Program-made: the position numbers and the translations under genes
Notes under the pieces: model-generated
Databases searched by the model: none
The model's input: the letters and a program-made list of their open reading frames with translations, nothing else
Told to the model about the DNA's origin: nothing
Shown here: piece by piece, positions 1 to 12,988 of the stretch
Layout of the letters: each line of letters begins with the position of its first letter
Numbering within the stretch: the stretch's first letter is position 1
Source: Octopus sinensis
Taxonomy: Eukaryota
Reading direction: 5' to 3'
Assembly (NCBI RefSeq): GCF_006345805.1
Contig: NC_043014.1
Location: 1,612,001-1,676,000 of the forward strand
Length of the DNA: 64,000 nucleotides

Positions 1-82
1 CACACAGATAAACATCTCTTGTTTGCATGTGTGGTTATACTAGACTCTCCACTTGTCTTCATAAATTACTGATTGCACTTAC

Positions 83-173
83 CTGGGTGTGTAACTTCTG
101 CCTTTTCAGGTGATGTAGTCGTAGGCATGTGGGCACTGAGGTTGAAGCTTCCGGATGAAAATCTTCCTTGATT
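83..173 (-). CDS. NEDD1: NEDD1 coding exon 7, start of the low-complexity linker (NQGRFSSGSFNLSAHMPTTTSPEKAEVTHP); gene continues beyond the window
   Basis: 91 nt, phase 0/1, ctattccag acceptor, GTAAGT donor, open in the expected frame. Little recognisable homology. Confidence 0.65.
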
Positions 174-208
174 CTGGAATAGAGTTAGGCACATATATAT
201 ATATATAT

Positions 209-486
209 CCGGGACCCCCTTCGGTCACGACACAGACCATGGGATTGCACCTAGAAAGTTACCCTCCCAGCCACAAGTCCAGGCATGGTTGTTTATGGAA
301 GACCAGCAGTCGCCCGTGCATACCGGTCTTCCCTCTCCACGCCACCAGTGTTATCCAAGGGAAAGACAAAGGAGCAACGTGAAATAAAGTGTCTTGCTCA
401 AGAACACAACACGCAGCCCGGTCCGGGATTCGAACTCACAACCTCACGATCGTAAGCTCGACGCTCTAACCACTGAGCCATGCGCC
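209..486 (-). mobile_element. tRNA-derived SINE, family A
   Basis: Pol III A box TGGCTCAGTGGTTAGAGC and B box GAGTTCGAATCC, with a non-tRNA body. Same tail at 55445-55765. Confidence 0.8.
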
Positions 487-632
487 TATATATATATATA
501 TACAGACACACATACATACACATGCACATATATATGCACACACATGCATGCATAATGGTGATGATGATGATGATGACGTCAATCCAGGAGACACCCACAT
601 ACATGCACACACACATATTTAAGCATATATAT

Positions 633-958
633 GTGCCAGTGGCATGTAAAAGGCACTATTCGAGGATGGTCGATGCCAGTCCTGCCTGACCGGTCCCCGT
701 ACAAGTGACACAAAAAGGCACCATTTGAGTGTGGTTGATGCCCGTGACGCCTGACTGGCCCCTGTGCCAGTGACACGTAATAAGCATCCACCCACTACAC
801 TCTCGGAGTGGTTGGCATCAGGAAGGGCATCCAGTTGCAGAAACGTTGCCAGATCAGACTGGAGCCTGTTACAGCCTTCTGGCTCGTCAGTCCCCAGTCA
901 AACCGTCCAACCCATGCCAGCATGGAAGGCGGATGTTAAATGATGACGATGATGATGA
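633..958 (+). mobile_element. RTE 3'UTR-type repeat with (GAT)n tail
   Basis: Homologous to 3050-3500 (ggagtggttggc...aggaagggcatccag...cccatgccagcatgga...gatgatg). Confidence 0.75.
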
Positions 959-965
959 CATATGC

Positions 966-1241
966 GACTGGCACTCTGTCGGTTATGATGATGACGACCA
1001 TCCCAGTTGATCTGATGAATGGAAGAGCCTGCTTGAGAAATTAATGTCTCAGTGGCCGGACACCCTAGGCACATGTACCCTTAACATAGTTTTGCTTTCA
1101 GGGAGATTCAATGTGACCAAGACTGGTCCTTTGAATTACAACTCATTTTTGCCAGCTGGAGCAACATGATACAAAGTGCCTTGCTGAAAGACACAACAGG
1201 CCACTGGGGATCGAACACACGACACCCTGACCACCAAGCCA
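966..1241 (-). mobile_element. tRNA-derived SINE, family A (variant tail), decayed
   Basis: Body matches 36665-37035 and 37928-38252. Confidence 0.6.
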
Positions 1242-1275
1242 CATACATGTATATATGATGGTCTTCTTTTATAGC

Positions 1276-1428
1276 GAACACGAGTGGTTGGCGTTAGGAA
1301 GGGCATCCAGCCGTAGAAACATTGCCGGATCAGAATGGGCCTGGTGCAGCCTTCTGGCTTCCCAGACCCCAGTTGAACCGTCCAACCCATGCCAGCATGG
1401 AAAGCAGACGCTAAACGATGATGATGAT
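1276..1428 (+). mobile_element. RTE 3'UTR-type repeat with (GAT)n tail
   Basis: Same core and tail as above. Confidence 0.75.
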
Positions 1429-1538
1429 TCACTCAGCAGAAGACACTTGGCTAAGGTACTGTGCAGTGAGATTGAACTCAGAACCACAAGGTTGCAGAGT
1501 AAACTTGTTAACCATTCAGCCACAGCCATTTCTGTACC

Positions 1539-1569
<31 letters not shown>

Positions 1570-1610
1570 AGTGACTGAAGCCAAGCCAAGGATAAAGAAA
1601 GACGATTTAC

Positions 1611-1791
1611 CTTTCGGAACTTAACACAAGTGATGGCAGATTTGTGGGCAGATTCTTTGCAGACGAGGGCAGACTTCATTGAGCGTCGATCAAACACATA
1701 GAGGGAGCCTTGCTTGCTTCCCACGCAGATCAAATCTCCACAGACATCGACACAGGTCAGAGCTGATTTCAGAGACATCATATATATCGTA
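1611..1791 (-). CDS. NEDD1: NEDD1 coding exon 6 (TIYMMSLKSALTCVDVCGDLICVGSKQGSLYVFDRRSMKS...SAHKSAITCVKFRK)
   Basis: 181 nt, phase 2/0. Matches NEDD1 PLTAVDF...GSSRGKIYQYDLRMLKSP...SAHKTSVQCIAF. Confidence 0.92.
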
Positions 1792-1849
1792 CTACAATGA
1801 AAACAAAACGGCGTCAGAATTAGTTCAAACTTTACAGAGGCAAGGCAGA

Positions 1850-2135
1850 TATAATAATAATAATAATAATTGTGTACAGTGCTCAGGTGCACTACAACTC
1901 ATCCAAAGTGTATATATAATCAGGTGTAGTTTCGGCGGATTTCGGAAAGCATGAGGGCCTTAAAGGATGCAGTGTCATGGCAGTCAACAACTGATGCAGG
2001 CAGTTTGTTCCATGCTTCAGCAACTCTGAGCGTGAAAAAATGTTTCTGAAAGTCGGCAAAAGGTTTCACCAACCCTAAATGAGTGAAGGGCAGGCCATAC
2101 ACCTGTAGAACTGATTTAATGGGAAAAGCCATGAC
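1850..2135 (-). mobile_element. CR1-type LINE 3' end fragment with (ATT)n tail
   Basis: KHFFTLRVAEAWNKLPASVV...SFK is the conserved CR1 ORF2 terminus. The same 3'UTR piece (cagtgctcaggtgcac) recurs near 58660. Confidence 0.75.
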
Positions 2136-2269
2136 ATATTTGCTAATATGAAAAATTAAGTCAAAATGATAAAAACTTATAGTTTGTTGAATGACCGAAG
2201 AATGAAACTATAGCTGCGTCTTGCAGGTGAGTATGACTAACAAGTAAACAGGTACCACACTTTCACTAA

Positions 2270-2535
2270 TTCCTTTAGGTGCCTGTGTTGTCATGAACAG
2301 ACAGAGGTAGCATCCTGGCCTACCTACCTTTGAGCCAATGGAGCATTGAGGATGTGACAACTGAAGGGAGAGACGGGGCAGCACCAATACTTGGCTGGTA
2401 CTCCTTTACGACCAAGTAGACTGAGGCAATGCAAAATGAAGGGCCTTACTCAAAGTCACAATGTACCATCCAATATAGGAATTGAACCAATAATCTTATA
2501 ACCATGAACCCAACACCTAAACCACAAGGCCAGAT
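2270..2535 (-). mobile_element. Old tRNA-derived SINE (family A-like)
   Basis: Degenerate A/B boxes (tggccttgtggtttagg...ggttcaattcc). Related copy at 60688-60920. Confidence 0.5.
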
Positions 2536-2879
2536 CGATTGCTACCCTGACAAAGGATAGAACTCGCAACTCGACGAAATCTCCAAGCAGTTTAAGTGCA
2601 CAAGCCTCCAGTATCCATGTGGCTATAAAGTATCAGCCTGAATGTGATTAAAAAGAATCACGACCTGGATGTAACCCGTTCCCTTAGAGTGCAACAAATT
2701 AAGGGTCAAAACACTTGCCCGAGGTGGGTTTCTTCTTTGAAGTCCCCCAACATTGTAGCCCCCAGTCAGTCTTATCCTTCATGCTGATACACACAGCTCA
2801 TAACTAAAACCATCCACATACTGAAGGGAGAGAAGGGGCAGCACCAATACTTGGCTGGTACTCCTTTACGACCAAGTAG

Positions 2880-3500
2880 ACTGAGGAAAACCTGGGACGA
2901 GATGGTGAAGCACGACCTTCGAACTTTAGGCCTCACTGAGGAAATGACCAGCGACCGAGACCTTTGGAAATATGCTGTACGTGAGAAGACCAGGCAGGAC
3001 AAGTGAGCCCAGCCCACTTATGCATGCCTTTCCTCCCTTGGACACAAAGACCTGTTGAGGCAAGCGAAGTCGATATAGAACCTCATCCGACGACAGGCAC
3101 CCATGCCAACCCCCTTTGCTTGCAAAGACATGTTGGGGCAAGCGAAATCGAAATCGAATTGAACCAGCCAGGATCCCTGGTCTGGTGGTACGTAAAAAGC
3201 ACTATCCGAATCGTGGCCGATGCCAGTGCCGCCTCAACTGGCTTCCGTGCCGGTGGCACATAAAATACACCAATCCGACCGTGGCCGTTGCCAGCCTCAC
3301 TTGGCACCTGTGCGGGTGGCACGTAAAAAGCACCCACCACACTCACGGAGTGGTTGGCGTTAGGAAGGGCATCCAGCTGTAGAAACACTGCCAGATAAGA
3401 CTGGAGCCTGGTTCAGCCTTCTGGCTTCCCAGATCCCCAGTCGAACCGTCCAACCCATGCTAGCATGGAGAACGGACGTTAAACAATGATGATGATGATA
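2880..3500 (+). mobile_element. 5'-truncated RTE LINE: ORF2 C-terminus plus 3'UTR ending in (GAT)n
   Basis: RKTWDEMVKHDLRTLGLTEEMTSDRDLWKYAV* is a typical RTE C-terminus. The downstream sequence equals the abundant GAT-tailed repeat. Confidence 0.75.
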
Positions 3501-4263
3501 CTCAAAACCACAGTTGCAGTGGTTTTTCTTGGTCCAAACGCAACACTTGTATACAACTGTGATCCACAGCTGACCCAGCAAGGTCTACTCTGGGCAACAA
3601 GCAAAGAAGCTAACAGTTTGTACGTTTTCTTTAACAAAGACACTTATTAATAACAACTCACCGTCTGCGTGACTGTTACGTCCAGCAGCAGACCACATCT
3701 GACCAGAGATCATCTGCTTATTTTACATCCGGGTCTGCATGAGTTCGATGAAGACTATATATTTGAGGTAACATTTTATGGCTGGATACTCTTCCAGTCA
3801 CCAACTCTTACTAGCTTTACAAATAAAAGATTTGCTTTTATTCCACTGGTCTTAAAAGTGCAAAGCAATCAATCATACTTTAAACAGGAAATGTAAACAT
3901 CACAACACCATTTCACTCAGAGGGCAACAAGGGAAGTTGTAGAATACAAACGTTCAGACACGCACATACATACACACAAACAGATACATAAGTACATATA
4001 TATATAGCCTAACAACCTACAAAGTAACATATATACGCACACACTTATACACAATGCACACTAAAGATTCTCACATAGTTTCCATCAACCAATTCCAGTC
4101 ACATGACATTGGTTGACCTTGAGGTTAAAAGTCAAAGATTCTGATCCAAAGTGTCATGAAATAAAATTGAACTCAAAGTCCATACTTGTGCCAAAGTTCC
4201 AGTTGAAGACCAAAGATGGGTGGAATGATTCAACACAAACAATAAAATGGTGCTTTTACTTAC

Positions 4264-4490
4264 TTAAAGGTAGAAGTGTCAAAGAGGGCCAGTTCCCCAT
4301 CCAGTCCAACACTGGCAAGAATTTGTTTGTCTTGGAAAAATGAGAGACCTGTTGCTGATGCTGAATGAATTTGGTTGGCTGAGTGTAAGAGTTTAGCACG
4401 ACCTGCATCCCAAATATTAACAGCTCCATCAGCAGATACGGAACCAAGAACTGAGGCCTTGTGTGGTGAATAGCAGAGGTCGTTGATAGC
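4264..4490 (-). CDS. NEDD1: NEDD1 coding exon 5 (AINDLCYSPHKASVLGSVSADGAVNIWD...LASVGLDGELALFDTSTF)
   Basis: 227 nt, phase 0/2, open frame. Two WD40 repeats matching NEDD1 LLGSVSDNGIVTLWD and VTIGLDKRIILYDT. Confidence 0.92.
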
Positions 4491-6345
4491 CTTTAAATGA
4501 AAAATGTACAGAGAAAAACAAAGATTCTGAAGTGTTACCTATATTTCTTTTTTTACTGTAAAAATAACAAGGTGGAATATTAGGTCAGATATTAGGCCAT
4601 GCACCGTTGCAGCATGTTGCTATATTCACCATTTGTCGGTCTATTCCTGGGTCCTGCTGGGGGACCCATCGAGTAGGGTCACCATCAGTACCCATCTCCA
4701 CAACATACCTCCTCATCTGCAGTATCCATATGGCAAGTGGGTCAATCAACAAAAGCTGTCAACCCGGTCGAATCCTCAATGAAGAGGACACTGAATCAGA
4801 CAAATAACAGGACACGTCCCAGTTTCTGAGCAGAGTTGTTGGTTGCATTTCACATCTGACCAATGATAACCCATAAGTTGTAGGGTGGAATATGATGCAG
4901 ATATTTCAGTTTATCTCCTAATCTATCATTACTCAAATAAAGCTGTCTAATTAGCAACATATATGCACATTGAAGAAATAATTGTTAATGAATTAGAAGT
5001 GGCAATTGTTAGCAACTAAGGGGAGATAATCTCAAAAAATAATTTCATAGAAAATTATATTTGATGCTCTGTGGAGGAGGAGAGAATGTGATCTTTGTTA
5101 TGGGTCAAAGTGATTTAGCCCCAGGTGACATTGTCCTAAACCAGGACTGCCATGTTATGGTGGCAAACAATCTTCACTCCAAGTACTGTTGTTGGATATC
5201 ACTCATTGTGAGATTTACAAATAGTAATTTGCTTTGAGGATATTTACACATAGAAAAGTAGAAACATTTTGGCCAGAAGTAATTTATATAATTACAAACC
5301 TGGAGCTAAGGCAAATAACACTGGTTGGTTAATGACAAAAACAATTCTCAATAACGGGCACTGACAACTGCCATTAGGTTTTTGTTTACTACCCCCAAAT
5401 AAGAGGTTAATTTCAGTTCACCAAATCATGTATTATTACATCTGCTATTAATTGATAATTAAACATTATTATTGTCTTTGATAACATTTATATTGACATC
5501 GAAGAAGAAAAAAGTGACAGAAATATACGACTAATTGTTTTTGAAGATTACCAGTTATACTTCTTTAAATTTTGTAAACTAACACCCACCGATCTTTTGA
5601 ATTTAACCCTGTGTTGTTACCATCTTTATGTGTCCTGTTACTAAATGTACACAGGTCTCTAAGATAGGTCTGAACTCAGAACTTTTATTTAATATTCATA
5701 ACCATATTAAAGCTTAACAATTAAGTAATATAGAATTGCATCTAAGCTATTCCAATTATTGATGCAAGCTTCTCAATTTGCTTTCAGTCATTAAACAAAA
5801 ACAAAATGGAAATATACAAATGAGAAATTCCTTTGACTTAATTGGTGAGTGGATGGTGTTATCACTGCCACAGTAGGCAAAAGATTGTGAGTAAACCTTT
5901 CTAGGGAGTCACCAGCTACGGTGGAGGAACCTGCTTGGGTCAACGTCCTAGTGTTCAGGGCCCAGGCATGTCTCAGGTAAAGGCATATGGGTGTGGCTAA
6001 CAGCGTGGGGAGAAATGTGTGATGCTAAGCTAACTTGTCCATGATACTGTGTTCATGATGATGATAACCAAACCAGATCAGTTATTGCCCAGGTTATCAT
6101 CAAGGAATGGACAGGCCTGAATTTCACTGACTCACACTGGGCAGCATGGGACAGAGAGAAATGGTGAAACCTGGTTGTGATGTCATCAACGAATGCCTCG
6201 ACAACCACACGGTCAAGAGGAAGGAAAAAAGGATATAGGAAATAGGACATGATGTTATCTACCAAGTAAAAAGTTTATTTCTAAATTAATTACGAAATGA
6301 AAAAACTAACAGTGGAGCTTTGTAAGAAGTCCACTGATGTCTTAC

Positions 6346-6486
6346 CTGGACCCTTGGTGCCAAAAGGGGAGTAGATGTGTCTCGATACAGCATGTTGTTC
6401 AGAATGATTTCTCCATTATCCGATCCGGATGCAATATGACTGCCATTGTCGTTAAACTGGATTGTGGTAACACTGCTGCTGTGACC
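6346..6486 (-). CDS. NEDD1: NEDD1 coding exon 4 (GHSSSVTTIQFNDNGSHIASGSDNGEIILNNM...PRVQ)
   Basis: 141 nt, phase 0/0, canonical splice sites. Matches the NEDD1 motif HKDQVTCV...YIASGSLSGEIILH...STP. Confidence 0.92.
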
Positions 6487-6584
6487 CTGTTGTATACAAA
6501 AAAACATCTCAGGTTTACCTATATACATACATAAGCTTTACATGTGTGTGTGTGTATACATACATACATACACATATATACATA

Positions 6585-7633
6585 CAGGGTGCAGTGAATA
6601 AACTGTCATCTAAATTACACAAAAATGAAAATAAAACAGGCATCTCATTTTAACAGATATATACAGTGGCACGTAAAAAGCACCCACTACACTTATGGAG
6701 TGGTCGGCATTAGGAAGGGCATCCAGCCGTAGAAACATTGCCAGATCAGACTGAGCCTGGTGCAGCCTTCTGGCTTCCCAGACCCCAGTTGAACCGTCCA
6801 ACCCATGCCAGCATGGAAAGCGGACGCTAAACGATGATGATGATGATGATATTTACCAAAATTACATAAAAATATCTTTAAATACTAAAGAGTAAATGTA
6901 TTCAATAAAATCGCTGTTGGCTTCAACCACGACCTCCAGACGACTTCGGAATCTCCTACAAATCTTTTGGACGGTCTCCTTATTTAAATTGGTGTATGCT
7001 GCCATAATCCTTGCCTTCTGTTCATTTTTGGTGTTACAAACTTTTCTCATCTGATAAAAACCAAACCATGTTTGGTTGGAGGGGTTGCTTGAGTTTGTTC
7101 AAAAGCTTCGTAGGGCAGTCTTTCCTTTTGTCCTTGATGGCTTGGGATACAAAATTGGCCCTTTCTCATTTTTTATAAGGAATACTGAATGTCTTCGGGC
7201 ACTACCTACCTGATAAGAAACTCAGACACTCCCATGGACCTGATTGACTTGGAGGGATCATTGTCAATCATGGCCTGGATCTTACCAACAGATTCAGGAG
7301 TTCTTTTCTTATCAGAACAACCAGAGGGAGTTTTCTGAGCTGCTCTACCTTCCTAATCACCATCAGACTCATCCAACTCTTTCTGAATCCTCTGCACTGT
7401 CCTCAGAGTGACACCCAAACACTCTGAAATGTTCGTATTGAAGCTTCAAGCATGAATACCAAGCAGTATAGCATGTCATTTCCAAATATTTAGCAGAGTG
7501 AATGGCATCATGGTGCTGTTTTTCTCACAGACAGTGCCCAACTGACCCTGCAATACTGTATAGCCGACAAAATCAAAAACAAATGCACAAAATTAAAAAT
7601 ATAAAATGGCAACAATTTACCCATCACACCCTA
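6585..7633 (-). mobile_element. Decayed maT-like Tc1/mariner element in NEDD1 intron 3
   Basis: C-terminal CRRFRSRLEVVVEANSDFIE. Degenerate TIRs CAGGGTGCAGTGAATAAACTG / TAGGGTGTGATGGGTAAATTG with TA flanks. Confidence 0.65.
6664..6850 (+). mobile_element. RTE 3'UTR-type repeat nested in a Tc1/mariner element
   Basis: Same core and (GAT)n tail. Confidence 0.75.
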
Positions 7634-7760
7634 TATATACACACACATATATATATATTGATAGATAGATAGAGAGAGAGAGACATAATGTGTGGAGTAG
7701 TACAGTGAGAGCAATGTGTGGTGTGGTGTGGTGAGGAGGTAGTGGTGAAGAGATACTTAC

Positions 7761-7877
7761 TGACAATGTAGTGGTTTGACTTGAACCAGTCAAGTGATAG
7801 ACATGCAGCAAGTTGTCTTGGCCAGCTGCAGCAATAATTCTGTCCTTTGCTCCTAAAGCAATGCACTTCTGACCAAC
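7761..7877 (-). CDS. NEDD1: NEDD1 coding exon 3 (VGQKCIALGAKDRIIAAAGQDNLLHVYHLTGSSQTTTLS)
   Basis: 117 nt, phase 0/0, ttccaacag acceptor and GTAAGT donor. WD40-like repeat aligning with NEDD1 QTCVNLN...SGGLNNTVNIWDL. Confidence 0.85.
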
Positions 7878-8237
7878 CTGTTGGAAATAAATGAATCAGG
7901 AATGTCAGTATTTGTCACATCATTGATGGATTAGCCATGAATGGATCGTCTATGGCAGAATGGTTAGGGTGTTGATATCACTATCATAAGAATCAGTTCA
8001 AACTGGTAATCTGTATATCATACTTAAAGTAAATGCTCTGTTGCGGGGTCAATATGTATGACCATCATGCTGGTGCTGTCCCAGTATGGCCAAATTATGA
8101 CTGCAACACATTTCCTTCTCTTTTTTGAGGCAATATATGTGATTGAAGAGCAATTTGGTTGCTATTTCAGGTCAACTACGCAGCCACATAGAGGCTTCCA
8201 GTGGGGGACTGAGGACTGGGTTACGATTAGTACTTAC

Positions 8238-8335
8238 CATACTTGTGTTCTTCAAGGTCTGTTCAGTGTTTGTGAGTTCACCAATGGAACCAAAGAATAT
8301 GGGTCCATAATTTTGGAACACACCAAGGATGGTAG
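8238..8335 (-). CDS. NEDD1: NEDD1 coding exon 2 ((T)TILGVFQNYGPIFFGSIGELTNTEQTLKNTSM)
   Basis: 98 nt = 2 + 32 codons, phase-compatible with exons 1 and 3. CAG acceptor preceded by the U12 branch-site motif TTCCTTGAC; donor GTAAGT. Confidence 0.8.
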
Positions 8336-8431
8336 CTGAGTAGTGGAAGGAGGTCAAGGAACAACAACAACATGTACGTCATTACATATATAATACACAC
8401 ACACACAAGTACTACATCATATATATATATG

Positions 8432-8685
8432 GCCTCATGCCGGTGGCATGCAAAAAGCACCATCCATTCGTGGCCGTTTGCCAGCCTCGTCTGGCTCCTG
8501 TGCCGGTGGCACGTAAAAAGCACCCACTACACTCATGGAGTGGTTGGCGTTAGGAAGGGCATCCAGCTGTAGAAACACTGCCAGATCAAACTGGGCCTGG
8601 TGCAGCCTTCTGGCTTCCCAGACCCCAGTTGAACCGTCCAACCCATGCTAGCATGGAAAGCGGACGCTAAACGATGATGATGATG

Positions 8686-8688
<3 letters not shown>
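8432..8688 (+). mobile_element. RTE 3'UTR-type repeat
   Basis: Same core and (GAT)n tail, followed by (TA)n. Confidence 0.75.
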
Positions 8689-8770
<82 letters not shown>

Positions 8771-9417
8771 CTAGATAGATATGTATGTATGTGTATTTTT
8801 TTCTAAGAGAATGTCTCAAACAAGGAGAAATGACTGAGGAAGGAGAAATTAGGATGAAGGGAATGAATTTACTTTAGGACAAGATCATCTTTCTCCAATT
8901 CTGCCTACACCATCCTCAGTCTTCCTTTTCTGCAGATTTCATCTACTGGGGGCCATTTGCCACTCTATCTTCCATATGTGTCACCTCTCACTGAATCTGA
9001 TCCCTCTCTCAAAAACCCTTTTTAAAGCTCATTTCCAATGGAGAATGCTCACCTCCTTTCTTTTCGGTTACTGCATTTTCCCAGCATTCAATCCCTATGT
9101 TTTGCAACCCTGCAGTTCCAAATGTCATTCACAAACATCCCACAGCTGCAGCTTTATACTAGGAGAGAATTCCTTTGTTGCCAGACGTAATCACTCCCTG
9201 GACTTTTCCCACCTAGTCTTCACTTTGGCTACACAACCTATTAAATCAGAAAGGTTACACAAGTTGCCAACCATTTCTCTCTGAGCATTTGTAAGAACTT
9301 GTTTCACAGATACTCGAACTGCAAACTACTCCTCTATATCTGCTACAGACACAGTTTCTTTTCCGATCACCCTACCTGAGACACCACTATTCTCCTGTGC
9401 ATCCATAGTTTACAACT

Positions 9418-9718
9418 GATCCGAATCGTGGCCAAAGCCAGTGCCGCCTCGACTGGCTTCCGTGCCAGTGGCACGTAAAATGCACCAATCCGACCGTGGC
9501 CGATGCCAGCCTCGCCTGGCACCAGTGCAGGTGGCACGTAAAAAGCACCCACTACACTCACGGAGTGGTTGGTGTTAGGAAGGGTATCTAGCTGTAGAAA
9601 CATTGCCAGATAAGACCGGAGCCTGGTGCAGCCTTCTGGCTTCCAGATCCCCGGTCGAACCGTCCAACCCATGCTAGCATGGAGAACGGACGTTAAACGA
9701 TGATGATGATGATGATGA
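9418..9718 (+). mobile_element. RTE 3'UTR-type repeat
   Basis: Same core and (GAT)n tail. Confidence 0.75.
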
Positions 9719-9884
9719 CACCATATGGAATTTCTGAGGGCCCCTTGACTGGATTATCTCCCAGATTGTAACTGAACTCTGCCTTTTTTGTCCCCTGCTA
9801 ACTAACCATCTTGTCTTTACTATGGTTACTTTGTCATACCTCAATCCTAGCTTCTATCATTATACATGTGCATATTTTACCTTT

Positions 9885-10560
9885 TACTTACTACAGTCAT
9901 TAGACTGTGACCATGCTGGGGCACTGCCTTGAAGAATTTTTAGTTGACTGAATCGACCCCAATACTTAAAATTTTTTTAAAGCCTGGTACTTTTTCTATC
10001 AGTCTCTTTCGCCAAACTGCTAAGTTATGGGGATGTAAGCACACCAACACCAGAAGACACACACACACACACACACACTTTATATAACGGGAAGGTTTAC
10101 AAAAATAAACAAAAGACTAAGGCAGGTGGAGTACAAACAAACAAATGTATTAGTATGGCGCTCAGGAATAGAAATAAAACAAGTCTTTTACGTTTCGAGC
10201 CTACGCTCTTCGACAGAAAGATACACAGAAGAAAATACAAGGAGAGAAACAAGTAGAGAAAAAATGCATGTAGGAGCTAATGGTCCATCATGGCGTTCTG
10301 ACTTCAGAGGTCAGGTCAGACATTAGACGCTAGAGGGATAGTAGGGGAGATAACAGGGTCAAGTGACAACGATATATATATATATATTTATTTATTTACG
10401 ACGGGCTTCTTCCAGTTCCCTTCTACTAAATTCACTCTCAAGGCATTGTTCAGCCTGGGGTTATAATAGAAGACACTTGCCCAAGGTGCCGTGCAGAAGG
10501 ACTGAACCTGGAATCAAGAGGTTGAGAAGCAAACCTCTCAACCGTTTAAATATCTTTAAT
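9885..10560 (-). mobile_element. SINE family C (bipartite, microsatellite linker), interrupted by a Penelope-type insert
   Basis: Head with gggttcagtcc B-box-like motif; 3' half ending gcagtc...gactg. Confidence 0.7.
10085..10375 (-). mobile_element. Short Penelope-type terminal repeat with a hammerhead-like motif, nested in a SINE
   Basis: Reverse complement of 30095-30245. Contains CTGTCGA-A-GAGC(GTAG)GCTC-GAAAC-GTA. Confidence 0.55.
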
Positions 10561-11299
10561 AGACTTCAATTTGCATCATACACATAGAAACCCCGTACAT
10601 ATATACACATGTATAGATGAAGCAAAATCCCCTGGGTCCAGCTGCCCTTCATCTTAACGCCATCGTCCCCACCCCTTCCAGCTGACTCTGCAGCATCAAT
10701 TAGGGACACAGTCTGGGTTTTAACAGGAGGTTCTCTTTCAATAAATTACATGAGATTCTAGAATTTAGGGGGCAGCAGAGGTGAAAGGGGCCTGGGAGTT
10801 GGGGGTGTGAAAACTGATTTGATTTATACTGGCAAATAAAAAGTACTGCAAAGCTGTCATCTGTTGGCAGGCTGCGGATGAGAGTGTGTGTGTGTGTCTG
10901 TGTGTGTATTCAACAGACCTGTATGCAGCATGACAGAAAAAAGTGGATGGTAGAATTCTAATAATGATGTGTGTGTGTACGTATATACATTTCTACACAC
11001 ATATGCAGAGAGAGATAAGAGAGAGAGAATTTCATGCACATAATGATGAAAACCAATATATATTTAACATACAAAACTCCTGTAAATGCAGTGTAAGACA
11101 CACATTAAGTTACGTATATATATACAAACACACACATACACACACACAATGTGTAAGTATAGGGAGACGCAAACAGACAGACGGAAGACACAAGTAAGAT
11201 ATTAAGATACACTTTAGATATAGACAAGGTGAAGAGACTAAGGTAAGTACACATTCAACACTCTATGAATGAATGTGTGTGGGTGTATACATATTTGTG

Positions 11300-11308
11300 T
11301 GTGTGTGC

Positions 11309-11351
<43 letters not shown>

Positions 11352-11635
11352 AACACTATATACATATATATACACACACAAACACTATATACATATATAT
11401 ACACACACAAACACTATATACATATATATACACACACAAACACTATATATATATATATACACACACACACTATATACATATATATATACACACACACAAA
11501 AACACTATATATATATATACATACACACACACTATATATATACACACATAAACACACCATATATATATATATATATACACACACACATATATACATATAC
11601 ACACACACACATATATATACATATACACACACTCA
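11300..11635. repeat. (TA)/(CA) compound microsatellite with a ~29-bp repeated unit
   Basis: aacactatatacatatatatacacacaca repeated. Confidence 0.9.
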
Positions 11636-12204
11636 CATAAATAGACTGAGAACCTTTTTACTATGTTACTTTCCTCTCCCCCCTCTTTCTGTTCGTATTC
11701 AAAATTTGTTTAGAATAAAAGTGAAATATAATACACAGCCCCAGACCCCCACCTTTCCCCACACTCCGTGCCACAACCCAGCACCCCTCCCCCCTACAGT
11801 CTCCTGCCACCTCTTACATACAAGCCTTACTTAACTACCTTACCGAAGCTAAGCAAGAACACAAGAGAAATGCAAAAATAAAGGCAGGAAGAAGGCAAGA
11901 AGCGGGGCTGCTGCCTGCCCCATAGATACAGAAATCCTACATCATTTCGTAAAGATGACAGATGTTAATGTAAACATAACAAAGCATTTATGAGCTTGGC
12001 GCCACCAAAGTGTGAGTGAGACATCTTGGAGATTGGAATGGAGGATATGTAAGGGATAAAGTTAGACAGGAACCTAGACTGTGATATACATATATATATA
12101 TATGTACGCTGTCTACACACACACTACATATACATATATACATAACCACATACAAATACATATGAACACACACACACACACACATATATATATATGTATA
12201 TATA

Positions 12205-12900
12205 TCATCATCATCACCTAACGTCTGCTTTTCCATGCTGGCATGGGTCGGACGGTTTGACAAGAGCTGACAAACCAGAGGGTTGTGCCAATTGTCTGGC
12301 TTGGCATGGTTTCTACAGAGTGTATTGGGTGCTCGCTTTGCAGCACCTATATATATCATCATCATCATCATCATTGTTGTTTAATGTCCACCTTCCATGC
12401 TGGCATGGGGTGGGGGGATGGTTTTACAAGAACTAGCCAGGCAGAACCCTGCACCAGACTTCTGCGACTGTTTTAGCAGGATTTTTACAGCTAGATGCCC
12501 GTCGTAACTCCATCCACTCAGCAGAGTGGACTTTGTGCTTTTTATGTGGCACAAGCACAGAGGAGGTCAGTTTTGGCAACGTTTTTACAGCTGGATGCCC
12601 TTCTGAAGACCAACCACTTTACTGTGAGGACTGGGTGCCTTTTAAGTGGCACCTGCACTGACAGGGTCACCAAGTACCATGCAAGACAAACGAGAACAAT
12701 CTCTTTTGAGAGGGGAAGTGGGGGGCATTGGAGGAGGTGGTCTTGTGTTGTATGATGAAAGGTTATAGGGAAACAGAGAGACCGAAATAGGTGTCTTGCT
12801 GTAGAGGAGGTACAAGGTTACCTGGCTGGGGAGAGAGAGATCAGGAATGAGGACAAAAATAGGTGTTGCTGCAAAGGAAATACTTGACCACAAAGGTGAG
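12205..12900 (-). mobile_element. Two adjacent minus-strand RTE 3'UTR-type repeats (12205-12330 and 12358-12900)
   Basis: (CAT)n tails and the reverse complement of the core (ttccatgctggcatggg...ggatgccc). Confidence 0.65.
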
Positions 12901-12988
12901 ATGGCAAAAGACTGATGGGAAAAGAATAAGCAGAGTGGGTGGGGAAGGAAGTAAGGATGGAAGGAAGGGAAGAAGGAAGGAAGATTAA

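Noticed and set aside
398-486. tRNA-like sequences (also 26731, 31261, 37928)
   Set aside because: A and B boxes are present, but there is no complete cloverleaf and each runs into a shared SINE body. These are SINE heads, not tRNA genes.
3661-3716. Possible cassette exon in NEDD1 intron 5 with a GTGAGT donor
   Set aside because: 52 nt (frameshifting), weak acceptor, and exons 5 and 6 join cleanly without it.
8800-9415. Possible heavily decayed RTE ORF2 on the minus strand (also a short RTE-like C-terminus near 6095-6220)
   Set aside because: Only vague motif resemblance amid many stops; not enough to call without a search.
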